Below are positions 61,492-64,000 of a DNA stretch of 64,000 nt, piece by piece. The stretch is taken from the IMG/VR virus record IMGVR_UViG_3300037459_000123, one strand, 5' to 3'. Every line of letters begins with the position of its first letter. The stretch's first letter is position 1. The position numbers and the translations under genes are program-made. The DNA is from an uncultured virus (IMG/VR IMGVR_UViG_3300037459_000123). Its lineage: Duplodnaviria > Heunggongvirae > Uroviricota > Caudoviricetes. The notes below the pieces were generated by a model. It was not told the origin of the DNA, made no database searches, and worked only from the letters and a program-made list of their open reading frames with translations.

Positions 61492-61986
61492 ATGCCAGGC
61501 TCACCTAACAGACCCTCCCGCGATGCATATGGTCCGACGTACATAAACGAGCGCGCGGTTCGGAACGTCAATAAGGAACTCCCCGCCGAGATCGGCAACC
61601 TGATGATGTGGCAGTTGGCCGGGGCGGGCCTTGTGCTCCCCAAGGCCAAGCTTCTCATCGACGGGGCGACGGCGACGGTGATCTTTCAGGGGCTTACGTT
61701 CGACCCCAACGGTGAACTCCCGGCTCTCGTGGTGACACGGAATGGTGCTGGAGATTACGAGGTCGATTTCTCGGACGCCAACTTCGATGATCAGGATGGT
61801 AACTCCGTGGCGCTCGCCATGCAGTGGGCTGAGGCCAAGGCAGTGCTGTCGGCTTCAAGTGCGTTGTCATTCCAGGAGTCGACGTTCATCGCGTCGGCAA
61901 CCAAGATCGAGGTCAAGATTTACGACGCTACTGGAGCAGGTGCGCCCGCGTTGGCGGATTCAAAGTTCGCGCTGGCGGTGTTCTAG
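61492..61986 (+). CDS. Tail/baseplate-associated hypothetical protein
   Basis: RBS; beta-rich, VTRNGAGDYEV. Confidence 0.6.
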   Translation: MPGSPNRPSRDAYGPTYINERAVRNVNKELPAEIGNLMMWQLAGAGLVLPKAKLLIDGATATVIFQGLTFDPNGELPALVVTRNGAGDYEVDFSDANFDDQDGNSVALAMQWAEAKAVLSASSALSFQESTFIASATKIEVKIYDATGAGAPALADSKFALAVF

Positions 61987-62753
61987 TGGGTGCGTTCGGC
62001 GGCGGGAATCCGTTTCCGTTTCAGTTCGGCGGCTCCAAGACGCCGACGGAGCAGGCGTATGACTTGCTCAAGCAAGCGGTCGGGGTGGGGAACTCGGCGG
62101 CGCAGGAGGATCCCGATAAGTCGATCATTGAGTCGTGGAGGTTTGCCCGAGCGCGTGGACTGTCGTCGGTCATGGATGTCGAGCGTGCTGTCTCCAATGC
62201 GTTCCCGAACATCGCCACGGATTTCATCCCGGTGTACGAGCAGATCCTCGGGCTGTCATTTCCGGTCGGTACGCCTGACGAGACCAAGCGTAAGGATCTG
62301 ACGACTGCGTACACGCGAGCGATCGATGCCACACTTCCTAAGCTGGAGGCCGATCTCAAGGAGATCGAGCCGACGGTTACGTTGGTGGTCATCGACTATG
62401 ATCCGCTCGATCCGCTTGCAGCGCGCGATCAAACGAGGGACGGGCAGGTCGGGCGTTACTTTGAGGACTGGGATCCGGCGGATCCCGATGCGAGTGGGCC
62501 GCCGTTCAATCTTCCGAGAGGCGCAGGGCTCGCGAAGATCACGAGCTTTCCGAACTTTTCCGATGACTTCATTCTCAAGGTAGAGTACCCGCTCCCGGTG
62601 GGCACACTGTCTGCGTTCAACAAACGGCAGATCACGCGCATGCAGGATTTTCTCAACGATGCACTTCCCGCATGGGTTGGCTTTACGATTTTCACCAAGG
62701 ATGCGGGATTTGTACTCGATCAAGACCTTTTGGATGTTACCGTGTTCGCGTGA
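61986..62753 (+). CDS. Baseplate I-like protein (Mu gp48/DUF2313-like)
   Basis: IPVYEQILGL, LPAWVGF. Confidence 0.7.
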   Translation: MGAFGGGNPFPFQFGGSKTPTEQAYDLLKQAVGVGNSAAQEDPDKSIIESWRFARARGLSSVMDVERAVSNAFPNIATDFIPVYEQILGLSFPVGTPDETKRKDLTTAYTRAIDATLPKLEADLKEIEPTVTLVVIDYDPLDPLAARDQTRDGQVGRYFEDWDPADPDASGPPFNLPRGAGLAKITSFPNFSDDFILKVEYPLPVGTLSAFNKRQITRMQDFLNDALPAWVGFTIFTKDAGFVLDQDLLDVTVFA

Positions 62754-62755
62754 TC

Positions 62756-63106
62756 ATGCAGGAATGGGCCGACAGTACGATTGCGATGAGCGCGTACAAC
62801 CTTCTGGGAGTTGCGGGAATCACGATGTCGGTGATGCAGATTCACGAGCGGCTTGACGCGCAGCAACATGTCGGTCTGGATATGGTGCAACTCCGCACTG
62901 CGTTGGACGCACTTGTGGAGCGCGATCTCGTCACGCGGATGCGCAAGGGTTGGAAGAGCAAGGATCGAAAAGGGCGCCCGGTGATTGTGCGAGATAAGAG
63001 CGATGCGGTCGTGGATGAGGAGGCCGGTACGGTCTCGGGCGGCTGGGAGGGCTGGCAAGTCCGCGACGGTAAGCGGATGATGTCCGTCCAGGAGGCAACG
63101 GCATGA
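62756..63106 (+). CDS. Small hypothetical protein (winged-helix-like)
   Basis: Coupled ORF; LRTALDALVERDLV. Confidence 0.5.
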   Translation: MQEWADSTIAMSAYNLLGVAGITMSVMQIHERLDAQQHVGLDMVQLRTALDALVERDLVTRMRKGWKSKDRKGRPVIVRDKSDAVVDEEAGTVSGGWEGWQVRDGKRMMSVQEATA

Positions 63107-64000
63107 CTTTTGTCCGTAAGAACCCGCTCGGGTGGGCGCTGTTCGAGTTGCTGACCAGCACGCAGATGAACGGGATCGACATCGATCTCACGTTTGCAGT
63201 CGATGGACGTGACGGCGGTGCTTACAATCCGACCGCTACCGTGGAGATCGGAGGCACGGCGGGTGGCATTCTGCCGGTCAAGTTTGTCGGCTCGACGAGT
63301 TTGGCTGGTGTGCCGCACAACGCGGCAGAAGGCGTCGGCGGGGTCAACAACAACGCAGGCGGCGGGCTGTCAGGTGACGGCTATTTCGGCACGGGTGGGG
63401 ACTCCGGCGTGTTGGCCGCCGCAGGGCGCGGCATCCGAGGCCTCGGTGGTGACGGAGCGGGGCTTGGAGGGCCTGGCGTATTCGGTCGTGGCGGCGCGGC
63501 CAGCACTGCCACTGGCGGCCTGGGAGGTGATTTCGCGGGCGGAGCCGGATTGATCGTGGGCGGTGGCGGCGTCAAGGGACGCGGCATCGACGGCGGCACG
63601 GGCGCGGGCGGCATCGGCGGTCTGTTTACGGGCGGCGATGCTACGAACTCGGGTGCATCGGGTGCTGTTGGCCTAGATGCCACGGCGGGCAACGGCACAG
63701 TGGCGGGTTCTTTTGCGGGCATCGGCGCGATTATTCGGGGCGGTGTCAGCACGGGTTCGGGTGCGACTGGAGTGCAGGCGTTGGGTGGGGATGGCTCGGG
63801 AGGATCTGGAAACGGCGCGACTGGACTATTGGGTATCGGCGGAGATGGTGCAGGTAGTGGGGTTGGCGGCGCAGGTGTCCAGGGCATTGGAGGAAATACG
63901 GGATACGGAGTGATCGCTCAGGCCGACACCACGACTCCAGCGCGGTCGGCCTTCCGGATCGTTCCACAAGATGCGGATCCAGTCGTCGGTTCTTCCCAGA
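63103..64000 (+). CDS. Gly-rich tail fibre-like protein (runs off window end; absent from ORF track)
   Basis: MTFVRKNPLGW..LTSTQMN followed by Gly-rich repeats; open to the end of the window. Confidence 0.7.
   Translation, partial: MTFVRKNPLGWALFELLTSTQMNGIDIDLTFAVDGRDGGAYNPTATVEIGGTAGGILPVKFVGSTSLAGVPHNAAEGVGGVNNNAGGGLSGDGYFGTGGDSGVLAAAGRGIRGLGGDGAGLGGPGVFGRGGAASTATGGLGGDFAGGAGLIVGGGGVKGRGIDGGTGAGGIGGLFTGGDATNSGASGAVGLDATAGNGTVAGSFAGIGAIIRGGVSTGSGATGVQALGGDGSGGSGNGATGLLGIGGDGAGSGVGGAGVQGIGGNTGYGVIAQADTTTPARSAFRIVPQDADPVVGSSQ

Overview
This 64 kb window is part of a GC-rich tailed phage genome (myovirus). Essentially all credible genes are on the + strand, and many are translationally coupled. 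The order is: (1) a replication/recombination module with the PolB C-terminus, an SSB-like protein, an intein-containing RecA, an apparently split SbcD/Mre11, SbcC/Rad50 and RuvC; (2) a modification-like cluster of a PnuC/PQ-loop-like protein, an MT-A70 methyltransferase, a ParB-like protein and a sulfotransferase; (3) many small accessory ORFs and a TerS-like gene; (4) a 6.8 kb array of about 17 overlapping ORFs that share an N-terminal M-I-x-P-F-x-I-D-L-E-[TS]-G leader fused to unrelated cargo, with the same motif at the N-terminus of the terminase large subunit; (5) an early-like region with repeated leaderless promoters carrying a palindromic operator; (6) a Mu-like head and contractile tail module running off the right end. 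A 14-22 bp palindrome (GGAGTAAACATGTTTACTCC) is dispersed over about 52 kb. No integrase, transposase, tRNA, CRISPR array or reverse transcriptase was seen. Family calls come from motifs recognised by eye, not database searches.
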